Below, one piece after another: positions 25,293-34,062 of a stretch of 39,540 bases of DNA (within the stretch, counting starts at the first letter, position 1; each line of letters opens with the position of its first letter). The DNA comes from a virus: positions 1 to 39,540 of IMG/VR virus record IMGVR_UViG_3300019124_000017; one strand, given 5' to 3'. The position numbers and the translations under genes were made by a program. Under the pieces are notes generated by a model. That model made no database searches. It worked only from the letters and a program-made list of their open reading frames with translations, and was not told the origin of the DNA.

Positions 25293-25976
25293 TTATGCAG
25301 GCACGCGGAAGCGGGCCAGCCGCTCGCTGAGGGCCTGCAGGGCTTTCGCCTCGACGTCGCTGCCGGCGGGTTCCCCCTCGGCGGCCAGGATCGTCTTGGC
25401 GCGGCTGACCAGCGCAGCGGCCAGCCCTTTGCTGAGGCCGCCTGCATCCCGCAGGAAGCGCTCGAAATCGCGGATGGTGAGAATGTCCTCGACGGCCTCG
25501 GCCATGTCGTCGGCCTTGACGCTGGCCACGCGGGCGGCGCCATCGGCCGGGAACACCACCGGGCTGAACTCCATCAGGTTGGACCACTTGCGGATCACTC
25601 GGCCGCCTTCGGTCTCCTCGTAGTCGCCCTTCTTCAGGAAGCCGCCGATGCTCAGGCCGTCCAGCGTGCCGTGCTTCATCGCGGCGTGCACGTCGTCGGC
25701 CAGGCTCATGCCCAGCGTCAGCTCGCCCTCGACGTAGAGGCCGTGGTCGTCTTCCTTCGCCACGGTGCACTTGGCGATCGGCATGCGCCACTCGTGGTTG
25801 AAGAACACCTTGGGCTTGCCGTTGTTGCGCAGCGTGCTCTCGAAGGCGCCCTTGATGATGGTGTCGCCATGGCTGTCGACACCGCCGAACACCGACGCGT
25901 AGCCGGCGAAGTGGCCGGTCTTGTCGTCGAGCTTCAGCTGAACATCACTGAGCTTCAGGTGTTTGCGTACCAGCAT
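25293..25976 (-). CDS. Prohead protease, HK97 family (S78).
   Basis: MLVRKHLKLSDVQLKLDDKTGHFAGYASVFGGVDSHGDTIIKGAF... GGAGG RBS. Confidence 0.85.
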   Translation of the reverse strand: MLVRKHLKLSDVQLKLDDKTGHFAGYASVFGGVDSHGDTIIKGAFESTLRNNGKPKVFFNHEWRMPIAKCTVAKEDDHGLYVEGELTLGMSLADDVHAAMKHGTLDGLSIGGFLKKGDYEETEGGRVIRKWSNLMEFSPVVFPADGAARVASVKADDMAEAVEDILTIRDFERFLRDAGGLSKGLAAALVSRAKTILAAEGEPAGSDVEAKALQALSERLARFRVPA

Positions 25977-27198
25977 TGGGGCCTCCGGTGGGCTGGGTCT
26001 TGCCGAGCATGTCGATCGGCACGAGGTTGGATTGCACGGTGAGCTGGTCCCCACCCGGCAGCGGCGGCAGGTTCTCCAGCTGCCGCGCTTCGTTGCGGGT
26101 GAGGATGCCGTTTTGGCTGCCGGTGGCGTAGACGCCGAAGCGGTCCTTGATGTTGCCGCGCAGCAGGGCGTCGAGGCTGAACTCGACCGTGTAGCGGGCG
26201 CGCTGCGCGGGGGTCAACACGCGCTTGCGCACGGCCTGCTCGATGCTGACCAGCATGGGGCGAATGGTGAACTTGTGGAACCCGTCGATGATCTGCTCGA
26301 CCCCGCTGCCCCAGGTGGTGACGTTGCTGTGGTGGGCCAGCACCGGGGGTACGTCGAACCAGCGGCAGATCTCCTCCACGCTGAAGCGGCGGGTTTCCAG
26401 CAGCTGCTGGTCTTCCGCGCTCATGCTGATCTGCTGGTACTTCATGCTCGCCTCGAGCAGGTACAGCCGGGCGGTGTTGCCGCGCGCCATTTCCGAGAAG
26501 CGCTCCAGCAGGGCCTCGCGCTGGCCAGGCTTGAGCGTGCTGTCGATCATCAGCACGCCGGTGGGCTTGCCGCCGTTGCCGAACAGGCGGGAGGCGCTGG
26601 TTTGCGCGGCCGCGGCCTCGTGCGTGGTGGCGCGCATGAAGTCCAGCTTGCTCAGGCCCACGCTGCCATTGCCCAGGCCCTTGAGGTGCAGCACGTTCTC
26701 GGCGGCCAGCACCGCCACGTTTTCGCCCAGGCGGTACAGGTAGACCTCGCTGCCGTCGTCGAGGATCCGCAGCTCCACCTGATCGGCCGGCATCGGCCAC
26801 AGTGCGACGGCCTCGCCGCGGTTGTCGCGGTCGATCCGCGCATACGCATTGCCGCGCAGATCGTGGTTCATCAGCATGGCCCGCCAGAACTCGAACGGCG
26901 TCATGCGGCTGTTGGGGCTGTCGTGCAGCAGGCTGTGCAGCCGCGACGTGCGCGCCACCGTGCGCCGGCCGTCGCCCAGGTCTTCGTAGGCGAAGAACGG
27001 CAGCGAGGCCACGGTGGTGGCGCGACGGTCCACGCAAGACCACACGGCCGACAGCTGCAGCGCGCCATCGAGCCCGAGGTTGGCCGTGTCGGGCACCAGC
27101 GAGGCCGAGGGCAGCGCCAGCTGCGTGCCGGGGCGCTCGGCCAGGGCGTTGCCACCCCAGCGGAACATGCCCAGCAGGGACTTCAGGGCGGGCACCAT
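25945..27198 (-). CDS. Portal protein, HK97 family.
   Basis: 417 aa, between TerL and the protease. ATGA overlap with TerL. Confidence 0.85.
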   Translation of the reverse strand: MVPALKSLLGMFRWGGNALAERPGTQLALPSASLVPDTANLGLDGALQLSAVWSCVDRRATTVASLPFFAYEDLGDGRRTVARTSRLHSLLHDSPNSRMTPFEFWRAMLMNHDLRGNAYARIDRDNRGEAVALWPMPADQVELRILDDGSEVYLYRLGENVAVLAAENVLHLKGLGNGSVGLSKLDFMRATTHEAAAAQTSASRLFGNGGKPTGVLMIDSTLKPGQREALLERFSEMARGNTARLYLLEASMKYQQISMSAEDQQLLETRRFSVEEICRWFDVPPVLAHHSNVTTWGSGVEQIIDGFHKFTIRPMLVSIEQAVRKRVLTPAQRARYTVEFSLDALLRGNIKDRFGVYATGSQNGILTRNEARQLENLPPLPGGDQLTVQSNLVPIDMLGKTQPTGGPNAGTQTPEAQ

Positions 27199-28865
27199 CA
27201 GGCGATCACCGGGGAGTTGATGAAGGCATCCAAGTCGATCACCTCATGGGTGGCGGCGCGGCTGAGGGCGATCACCGAGGCCACAATGCCGTCGATTCGC
27301 CCGTTCAGGTTCGATTTCTTCTTGTCCGGCCGGAAGTTGCCGTTGGTGTCGTACAGCAGCGCGACATTCGACGCGCAGTAGCGCAACACAGGGTTGCCGT
27401 CGTGGCGCAGGCGGCGCCCGAAAACCAGCATTTCCAGCGCCTTGGCGCCGGGGTACATGCCGCCGGTGTTCTGCGGCACGGCCACCCACTGCGTGTTGAT
27501 GCCCTCCAGGTCGTTGGCCACCTGGCGGGCGTTCCATTCGTCGAAGCCCAGCTCGACCAGCTCGAAGGTCTGCGCGGCCCAGCGGATTCGCTCTTTCACC
27601 GGGCCGTAGTCGGTCACGTCGCCAGGCGTGGCGGTAAGGTGCTTCTCGGCCTGCCAGCGCTTGTAGGGCGCGGCGTCGTCGGCCTCCTGCGCGTCCACCT
27701 TGGCCTGCGGGCACCAGAACCACACCAGCAGGTGCCATTCGCCGTCGCTCTCGTCGGGCGGGAACACCAGCGCGAAGGCGGTCAGATCGCGCGTGCTGGC
27801 CAGGTCCAGGCCGCCGTAACACCGCCGGCCCTTGAGCACCTGCCAATCGAAGCGCCGCGCGCCCTTGTCCCACACGTCGACGTCGAGCCAGCCCTCGGCG
27901 TCGTTGACCCACAGATTCAGGTCTTTGGTCTTGAAGTTGGCCAACGCGCTGGGCAGGGCCGCTGCCTTGCGCGCCATGCCCTTCATGTAGTCCAGCGTCT
28001 TGGACCGGCCCAATCCGGGGTTGGCCTTGATCCACACCCGCTCATCGAACGGGCTGTCGCCTTCGTCCAAGGTGTAGACGTAGCCGAAGAACGCGTCATC
28101 CTCGCGCCGCCCCTCCAGCACGCTGATGAGGTAGTTGCGCAGCTCGGTGCAGATGCCGTCGAGGATGAACCCCGCAGTGGTGATCGCCGACAGCAGCGGC
28201 TGCGCACGCGCGCCCAGCGCCGACTCCATCACGTCCCACACGTCGCGGGTCTTCTGCGCGTGCAGCTCATCGAACAGGATCGCGCTGGGGTTCAAGCCGT
28301 CCAGCGAATCGGCGGTCGCCGGCAGCGGGCGGAACACGCTTTCCAGCTCGCCCTCGGTCTTTACCGCCTCCTGGTTCGGCGCGGTGTAGACCTTCAGCGA
28401 GCGGGCCATGCCGGGCGATCGCTTCACCCACCGGCGCATGTTGTCGAAGGCCGGCTTAAACACCGTCATCGCCTGCTCGCGCTTGGTGGCCACCGCGTAC
28501 ACCTCGGCGCCGGCCTCGCCGTCCATCAGCATCAGGTAGGCGCCCTGCGGCCCCTTCCAGGTGCTCTTTCCGTTCTTGCGGGCCACCTCCTCGTAACCCC
28601 GGCTGAAGCGCCGCAGCCCATCCGACTGCCGCCGCCATCCGTACAGCACCGCTGTCCAGAACCGCTGCCACGGGTCCAGCAGGATCGGCTGCCCGGCCAG
28701 CGGTCCCTTGATGTGGCAGAACCACCGCTCCACGAACTGGATGACGTGCCACGCGTGCGGAGGGCTGAACACCAAGCCCCGCCGGTGCGCGTCCTTCAGG
28801 TCGCGGTAGTGGCGCAGCACCGCCAGATAGGCCAGCCGGCCGGTGACGACCTCGCCACGCAGCAC
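27198..28865 (-). CDS. terL: Terminase large subunit. The start is uncertain; the GTG at 28865 is proposed.
   Basis: ...LDPWQRFWTAVLYGWRR...EVARKNGKST (Walker A)...GAEVYAVATKREQA. The 651-aa tracked form overlaps TerS and is rejected. Confidence 0.85.
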   Translation of the reverse strand: MLRGEVVTGRLAYLAVLRHYRDLKDAHRRGLVFSPPHAWHVIQFVERWFCHIKGPLAGQPILLDPWQRFWTAVLYGWRRQSDGLRRFSRGYEEVARKNGKSTWKGPQGAYLMLMDGEAGAEVYAVATKREQAMTVFKPAFDNMRRWVKRSPGMARSLKVYTAPNQEAVKTEGELESVFRPLPATADSLDGLNPSAILFDELHAQKTRDVWDVMESALGARAQPLLSAITTAGFILDGICTELRNYLISVLEGRREDDAFFGYVYTLDEGDSPFDERVWIKANPGLGRSKTLDYMKGMARKAAALPSALANFKTKDLNLWVNDAEGWLDVDVWDKGARRFDWQVLKGRRCYGGLDLASTRDLTAFALVFPPDESDGEWHLLVWFWCPQAKVDAQEADDAAPYKRWQAEKHLTATPGDVTDYGPVKERIRWAAQTFELVELGFDEWNARQVANDLEGINTQWVAVPQNTGGMYPGAKALEMLVFGRRLRHDGNPVLRYCASNVALLYDTNGNFRPDKKKSNLNGRIDGIVASVIALSRAATHEVIDLDAFINSPVIA

Positions 28866-28906
28866 GGCCAGCCCGTAGCTGTCCCACTCCTCGAGGTGGG
28901 GCGGAA

Positions 28907-29392
28907 CTAGTTCGGCAACCCGTTTGGGCGTGAGCTGGTGGCGTGCCCGACGAGATCGGCGAACAGGTCGTCCTGCCCCGTCGCGGCGCCGCTCTCTTTG
29001 CGCACGCGCGTCAGCGACGGGATGGTCAAGCAAGCCTTCGGCAACCATTGGCCCAGCTCCATCTTCAGCCGCTTCTCGTCGTCCGCCCAAGGGGTCGGTG
29101 AGTACCAGCCGCTCTGTGCTTTCTGCACCCGGCCGAAGTTCGGGTCTTGGCACTTGGCCAGCGCGTCGAGCCAGTCGCAGTAGGTGCGCACGATCACCGC
29201 GATCGGCATGCCGGCCGTCAGGTGCTCGATGCCGGCCTCACGAAGCGAGGTGCAGATGTGCTCGAACACCTCCCGCTCACGCTCGCCGAACTTCATGCCT
29301 GGCGGCACCGTGGGCGACTGCAGCTGTGCACCGGCGCTGCGCGAGCTGGCCGGCGCCTGCTCACCAACGCTGAAGGGCACTTCGTCGCTCAT
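28907..29392 (-). CDS. terS: Terminase small subunit (P27-family-like).
   Basis: 161 aa, directly upstream of TerL and downstream of the HNH gene. The start could instead be the internal Met of MKFGERE. Confidence 0.6.
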   Translation of the reverse strand: MSDEVPFSVGEQAPASSRSAGAQLQSPTVPPGMKFGEREREVFEHICTSLREAGIEHLTAGMPIAVIVRTYCDWLDALAKCQDPNFGRVQKAQSGWYSPTPWADDEKRLKMELGQWLPKACLTIPSLTRVRKESGAATGQDDLFADLVGHATSSRPNGLPN

Positions 29393-29470
29393 GGCCTACC
29401 TGCTGAACCCCCAGGGGGGTAGTTTTCGCTGCGCCAAGAAATCCAGCTGCTGGTTCGGTTTCCGGTGGGC

Positions 29471-29830
29471 TCAGCGAGACTTTCGACCCGCCCTCCCCCT
29501 TCGCGCTTCTTCCGCCGTCTTCCCGTCGCTGCACGCCTGACACAGTGGCTGCGTGTTCTCGTCGGTGTCCTCGCCGCCTTCAGCCAGCGGGATGATGTGG
29601 TCGCGGATCACAGCCAGGGCCAGCAGTCCCTTGCTTGCGCACACCCTGCACATCGGCTCACGGGAGAACAGCGCGCGGCGCCTTGCCTGCAGCTTGCGAC
29701 CGGTTATGCGCTTGACCTGTGCCGGCGTCGTTGACCACTTCGGCCGGGCATGCTGCTCGCATCGGCTGCCGCCCTTCACCAGCGCTTTGCAGCCTGGGTG
29801 TGTGCAAGGGCGAGGAGCGCTCAGCGGCAT
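29471..29830 (-). CDS. HNH endonuclease associated with the packaging module.
   Basis: MPLSAPRPCTHPGCKALV...CEQHA...DHIIPLAEGGEDTDENTQPLCQAC. The tracked GTG at 29851 lies inside a hairpin. Confidence 0.8.
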   Translation of the reverse strand: MPLSAPRPCTHPGCKALVKGGSRCEQHARPKWSTTPAQVKRITGRKLQARRRALFSREPMCRVCASKGLLALAVIRDHIIPLAEGGEDTDENTQPLCQACSDGKTAEEARRGRAGRKSR

Positions 29831-29838
29831 GGAATGAC

Positions 29839-29870
29839 GAAGCCCCGACACCTTGCGATGACGGGGCTTC
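29839..29870. other. 9-bp perfect inverted repeat (GAAGCCCCG-14 nt-CGGGGCTTC) at the head of the late operon.
   Basis: Read directly from the sequence. No clear U-tract on the minus strand, so the role is uncertain. Confidence 0.4.
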
Positions 29871-29968
29871 TGGTTCGTTGCGTTGCCGGGAGACAGCTAT
29901 GCCCAGCGTGCCTGAAATGTAGCGGGAATCTATAACTCGTAAAACTCCCCGCACACATGGACAAGCGC

Positions 29969-30406
29969 TCAGCTTTCGAGCACGCCGAGCCGCAAGCGCT
30001 GCGCCGGATGCCCTGCCAACGCCTCCACACGCTCACGCTCGCGCTGCGCCTGGTCACGCTTGTCCCGGAAGTGCGCCGCTAGCAGGCGGTGTGCGTGGTC
30101 GATCCGTGCGTGCACGGTGCTCACACTGCAGCCCAGCAGCCGCGCCTGGTTCGGTATGTCGGTGTGCTTGCCGCAGTAGTGCTCGTGCACGGTCTCCTGC
30201 AGGTGCTTCGGCAGCTGCTTGATGGCGGCATCTGTGTCGGCCGCCTCGCAGTCGCTCACCGGGATGGCCGCCTCACGGTAGCCGCTGCCGGTGGGCGTGT
30301 CCAGGCTGCTCCAGTTCACCGCAGCATGCCCGAGCCGCCCGCCTGGCCGCATCTTCCACAGCGCCCAATTCAGCAGGCGCTGCTCCACGTAGTCGCTCTT
30401 TGCCAT
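29969..30406 (-). CDS. Putative late-gene regulator (antiterminator Q-like or sigma region-4-like HTH).
   Basis: 145 aa. It is the last gene before the packaging genes. C-terminal HTH-like IPNQARLLGCSVSTVHARIDHAHRLL. ATGA overlap with dnaB. Confidence 0.4.
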   Translation of the reverse strand: MAKSDYVEQRLLNWALWKMRPGGRLGHAAVNWSSLDTPTGSGYREAAIPVSDCEAADTDAAIKQLPKHLQETVHEHYCGKHTDIPNQARLLGCSVSTVHARIDHAHRLLAAHFRDKRDQAQRERERVEALAGHPAQRLRLGVLES

Positions 30407-31752
30407 CAGTCCAACCCCCTCCCGTTGCCCCCACGCACCACGCCGCGCATCGGCGGTGGGCCGTCCCAGTTGCCGAAGCGCTGCGTCGCGCCGTCGAAGT
30501 AGAGGTTGACCGTGCCCGTGGGGCCGTTCTTCTGCTTGACCACCCGCAGCTCGGCGTGGTGCTTGTTCTGGTCGGTCGGCTTGCGCATGGCCTCCCGGTG
30601 CAGCAGGCCGATCAGGTGGGCAGCGCCCTCGATATCGCCGCTGTCGCGCAGGTCTTGCATTTCCGGGCCGGTGGGCCGCTCGTCGGCCTTGCGGTTCAGC
30701 TGAGACAGCAGCACGATCCACGTGCCCAGCTCTTTGGCGACACGGCCCAGCCCGTTGGAGATCGCGCCCAGCGCCTGGTTGCGGTTGTCGCCCTCGCCGT
30801 CCGCGTCCATCAGCTGCAGGTAATCGATGATCACCAGCGCCGGCCGGCCGTGCCGGCGGGTCGTCTGCTGGATCTTGCGCCGCACGTCTCGCAGCGTCAG
30901 CGCCGCCTGATCGTCGATCACCAGCTTGGCGTTCTGCAGGGCCTCCACACCCTCGGTCACGCCGGCCCACATCGAATCCGGAGCGCGCTGCGGGCTGCGA
31001 ATGTCGGCCAGGTTCACCCGCCCGGCGGCAGCCACCTGCCGCGCCACCAGCATTTCGTTGCTGTCCTCCTGCGTCAGCGTCAGCACCACCTGCCCGCGCA
31101 GCGCGATGTTGCGGGCCAGCGTGAGCGTGATCGCCGTCTTGCCCATGGATGGCCGGGCGCCGATCACCCACAGCTCGCCCTCGCGCCCGCCGCCACCAGT
31201 GATGCGGTCCAGGTCGTCCAGCCCGGTGGCGATGGAATCGTCGCGCCCTTCTGCCCGCGCGCTCAGCCGGTCGAGGAAGTCGCCCAGCAGTTCCGCGATC
31301 ACCCGCGGTTCGTCCTGCACCTCGCCACGCTCCAAGGCCAGCAGCGCCGTCACCGTCTTGTCGATCAACTCGGCCGGCTCAGCAGCACCACGCATCGCGT
31401 CGTCGACTAGCCCGCTGCCGATGCGCATCAGCTCCCGCGCACGCCAGTGCTTCAGCACGATCTGCGCGTAAGCCCGCACGTTGGCCGCACTGACCACGCT
31501 TTGCGCCAAGGCGCTCAGGTAGCGCATTTCATGGCCGCCAGCTTCGTACACCGTCACCAGATCGGCCGGCTGCTGCGCCCCGATCAGCTGAGCAATCGTG
31601 CTGTAGATCGCCCGGTGTTGCGGGTGGTAGAAGCTCTCGCCGCTGAGCAGGTTCGCCACGTGGTCGAAGCACCGGTTGTCCAGCAGCAGCCCGCCCAGCA
31701 CGGCCTGCTCGGCCTCGTTGCTGTGGGGAGGGGTCAGCTCGTGCAGGTTCAT
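30406..31752 (-). CDS. dnaB: Replicative DNA helicase.
   Basis: 448 aa. PPHSNEAEQAVLGGLLLDN and Walker A GARPSMGKTA. Confidence 0.9.
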   Translation of the reverse strand: MNLHELTPPHSNEAEQAVLGGLLLDNRCFDHVANLLSGESFYHPQHRAIYSTIAQLIGAQQPADLVTVYEAGGHEMRYLSALAQSVVSAANVRAYAQIVLKHWRARELMRIGSGLVDDAMRGAAEPAELIDKTVTALLALERGEVQDEPRVIAELLGDFLDRLSARAEGRDDSIATGLDDLDRITGGGGREGELWVIGARPSMGKTAITLTLARNIALRGQVVLTLTQEDSNEMLVARQVAAAGRVNLADIRSPQRAPDSMWAGVTEGVEALQNAKLVIDDQAALTLRDVRRKIQQTTRRHGRPALVIIDYLQLMDADGEGDNRNQALGAISNGLGRVAKELGTWIVLLSQLNRKADERPTGPEMQDLRDSGDIEGAAHLIGLLHREAMRKPTDQNKHHAELRVVKQKNGPTGTVNLYFDGATQRFGNWDGPPPMRGVVRGGNGRGLD

Positions 31753-32675
31753 CGCTCGTTCTCCTCGTCAGGTTGTTGTTCGGCACGCTCGGCGTCGCGC
31801 AGGCGCTGCTCCTGCAGCCCCACGGTCGTGAGCTGGTAGTCGCCCTCGGGCCGCAGTGCCCACAGCCGCAGGTAGTTGCCCTCGACGTAGTTGCGGAAGG
31901 TCTGCCGCCAATCGCTTTGCGTCTTGCGCGGCTTGCCCAGGTGTCGGCGCTTGAAGGCGAACCACGCCAGCGCCACCAGGTCATCCGGCAGCCCCACCTG
32001 GGCGGCATAGCGCCACACGGGGTCGCTTTCCGGCACCGGCTTCACGCCCTCGGCCTTGCAGGCAGCCACGAAGGCCCCGAGGTTCACCGCCTCGCGCTTT
32101 CGCTTGCCCTTGCCACCCTGCGACCCCTCAGCCCACACCGAAGGGGGTGAAGCGCCCCCCTTTTTGGGGACAGGTTGCGATTCCCCCTGCAAAGGGGGTA
32201 AGGGGGTATTTGTATTTGGTTCTATGACGGTTTGGGTGCCACTGTGGCGGGGTGCGTCCGCCTGTGTGGCGGGGTGCCTGTGTGGCGGGGTGCCTGTGTG
32301 GCGGGGTGCTCCCCCATCCAAAGCACCCGTTTCGGCTTCCTCGTCAGCCGGTCCAGCAGCCGCCGCAGCCCGCTGTTCGGCCAGCATTTGGCGGAGTGCG
32401 CCCAGCCTGACCACGTACCGGTTCACGAACGTGGCGCCGCCCGCATACACCACCTTGCGGGCCGACTTGAACACCTGCAGCAGCCCCCGGGCCTCCAGCT
32501 CGCGCAGCGACCGCTGCACCGTGCGTTCGCCCAGGCAGGTGCGCCGGCAGATCGTGCCGACGGACGGCCAGCACTCGCCCTCATCGTTGGCCTGATCCGC
32601 CAGGCTGATCAGCACCACCTTCTCGGTAGCGGGCAAAAAAAGCGGCCAACAGGCCGCCATCACGATCGTGCTCAT
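31749..32675 (-). CDS. Replication initiator / helicase-loader-like protein with an N-terminal winged HTH.
   Basis: 308 aa from MSTIVMAACWPLFLPATEKVVLISLADQANDEGECWPS. It lies upstream of dnaB and contains iterons in its linker region. Confidence 0.65.
   Translation of the reverse strand: MSTIVMAACWPLFLPATEKVVLISLADQANDEGECWPSVGTICRRTCLGERTVQRSLRELEARGLLQVFKSARKVVYAGGATFVNRYVVRLGALRQMLAEQRAAAAAGPADEEAETGALDGGAPRHTGTPPHRHPATQADAPRHSGTQTVIEPNTNTPLPPLQGESQPVPKKGGASPPSVWAEGSQGGKGKRKREAVNLGAFVAACKAEGVKPVPESDPVWRYAAQVGLPDDLVALAWFAFKRRHLGKPRKTQSDWRQTFRNYVEGNYLRLWALRPEGDYQLTTVGLQEQRLRDAERAEQQPDEENER
32243..32309. repeat. Iterons: four copies of TGTGGCGGGGTGC, the last three on a 16-nt period. This is the candidate origin of replication.
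   Basis: Copies at 32243-55, 32265-77, 32281-93 and 32297-309. An AT-rich tract (tatttgtatttggttctatga) lies next to them at about 32207-32227. Confidence 0.6.
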
Positions 32676-32676
32676 G

Positions 32677-33030
32677 TCAGGTGCGTCCTGCCGCCTGTGC
32701 GAAGTTGAAGACGCTGGATGCCGCGCGCATCCGCTCCAGGCGCCGCCGGGCGGCATGTGCTTTCACATTCGAGGCGCTGCGCCCCACCACCATCAGATGG
32801 GCCGGGTTCACGCAACGTGGGTCGGCGCAGCGCAGCCGCACCGTCTTGCTGAGGCTCATCGGCTCGCCGCGCTGCTGCACGGCCCAACGGCGCACCAGCT
32901 GCCCCGGGCGGCCGTTGATGCAGGCCTGCGGCTGCCCGCTGTGGTGCATGCCCTCCTGCCACAGCCAGCAGCCCGCCACCACCTCGCAGCGGCTGCGCAG
33001 CGTGTCCAGGGTCCAGCGCTTCGCGGTCAT
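32677..33030 (-). CDS. HNH_3-like zinc-binding, DNA-binding or nuclease-type protein.
   Basis: 117 aa. GCWLWQEG...INGRPGQLVRRWA...RCADPRCVNPAHL pattern. Confidence 0.5.
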   Translation of the reverse strand: MTAKRWTLDTLRSRCEVVAGCWLWQEGMHHSGQPQACINGRPGQLVRRWAVQQRGEPMSLSKTVRLRCADPRCVNPAHLMVVGRSASNVKAHAARRRLERMRAASSVFNFAQAAGRT

Positions 33031-33323
33031 TCGGCAAACGCCACGTCCAGCGCCCACACCCCGATCGCATCGGCCAGCGCCTGCGCCGCCTGCGCCGCGG
33101 TGTGCTGCTGCTGCTGGGCCGCATACACCGGCACCGGCCGCTTCGCCCCGGGCACCTTCACCTGGGCCAGCTTCACCGCCTCACCGGCGCGCACCATGTT
33201 GTCCAGCGTCAGGCGCGCGGCCTCCAGACCCACATTCGTGCGGCTGGCCAGGTCGCGCGTGGTGCCGGCGCCTGACGACAGCGCTTGACGCAGCACCTGG
33301 CGGATTTCACCGTGCGGGCGCAT
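33027..33323 (-). CDS. Small winged-helix-like hypothetical protein.
   Basis: 98 aa from MRPHGEIRQVLRQALSSGAGTTRDLASRTNV. The 324-aa tracked form is rejected. Confidence 0.5.
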   Translation of the reverse strand: MRPHGEIRQVLRQALSSGAGTTRDLASRTNVGLEAARLTLDNMVRAGEAVKLAQVKVPGAKRPVPVYAAQQQQHTAAQAAQALADAIGVWALDVAFAE

Positions 33324-33325
33324 GG

Positions 33326-33817
33326 TCAGGCCACCCGCTGCAGGTTGGCCGGCTTGGACGCCTCGTGCTTGGCCCGGCAATGGGCCAGCAGCGTGTGCGC
33401 TGCCACCAGCAGGGCCTCGCCGTTGGCTTCGATCCGGCGCAGTTCGTTGGCGTTGATCTCGCCGTCGCGCGCGTCCTCGGCCACCTCCTCGGCCAGCTGG
33501 CCAACCCGCAGCGCGAGCTTGGCCAAGTCCACGGCCAGATCCGCCTCCAAGTCGTTGCGCGGCACCATCAACGGCACCGCGTGGCGGTCGAACTCGGCCT
33601 CGATCTTGTCCAGCGGCACCAGCGCGCCGGGCATGCCCAGCTGCTGGCACAGCCGCATGATCTGCAGCGCATCCTCCACGCCCAGCTTGGCGCTGCTGCC
33701 GGCCGGCGGGCACAGCTCGTGGCGAAGCGTGCCGGGGTGCTTGTCGAGCCGCTGCGCGACAGCAGCCACCCCGCCCGGGTAGGCCTGGGCCAGCCGCTGG
33801 AATGCATCGAGGATCAT
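33326..33817 (-). CDS. Phage regulatory protein of CII type (CP76-like).
   Basis: 163 aa from MILDAFQRLAQAYPGG...LRHELCPP...EDARDGEINANELRRIE. It lies downstream of the Cro-like gene. Confidence 0.55.
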   Translation of the reverse strand: MILDAFQRLAQAYPGGVAAVAQRLDKHPGTLRHELCPPAGSSAKLGVEDALQIMRLCQQLGMPGALVPLDKIEAEFDRHAVPLMVPRNDLEADLAVDLAKLALRVGQLAEEVAEDARDGEINANELRRIEANGEALLVAAHTLLAHCRAKHEASKPANLQRVA

Positions 33818-33903
33818 GTGAGGGCCCCTCCATTGCTGTGATGGATCGCGCACCGCACCGCCGGCATACTGCTTGCCATGGGGGTTGCGCCTTGACGACG
33901 AAG

Positions 33904-33957
33904 AAAAAACGCCCCGCGCTCACGCGCACCGGTCGGAGGGAGAGCCCGACCGGGCGA
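33904..33957 (-). terminator. Structured GC-rich stem region followed by T6, lying between the Cro-like and CII-like genes (tR1-like position).
   Basis: The minus strand reads CGCCCGGTCGG...CCGACCGG...GGGGCG TTTTTTC. The inner stem is 8 bp, CCGGTCGG/CCGACCGG. Confidence 0.4.
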
Positions 33958-34062
33958 CCCCGCGCGCGCACTGCCGTTGCTGGCAGCCAGAGGGGGCACA
34001 AGACCGACCACAGAAGCCGTGGTGAAGAAGGTGGCCGGCTGCATGACTTGAACCACCACGGA

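Noticed and set aside
32243-32309. Short tandem repeats here, and the 45-bp repeats at 3/364/39113, read as a CRISPR array or DGR template/variable repeats.
   Set aside because: There are no cas or reverse-transcriptase genes. The repeats here are 13-16 nt with no spacers and lie in a replication gene, so they are iterons. The 45-bp repeats are in-frame linkers with irregular spacing and no adenine-specific mismatches.
33814-34059. 81-aa ORF in the Cro-CII spacer.
   Set aside because: It has no RBS, no recognisable features and a GC-structured sequence ending in a T-tract. I treat it as a non-coding regulatory spacer, but I cannot exclude a small protein.
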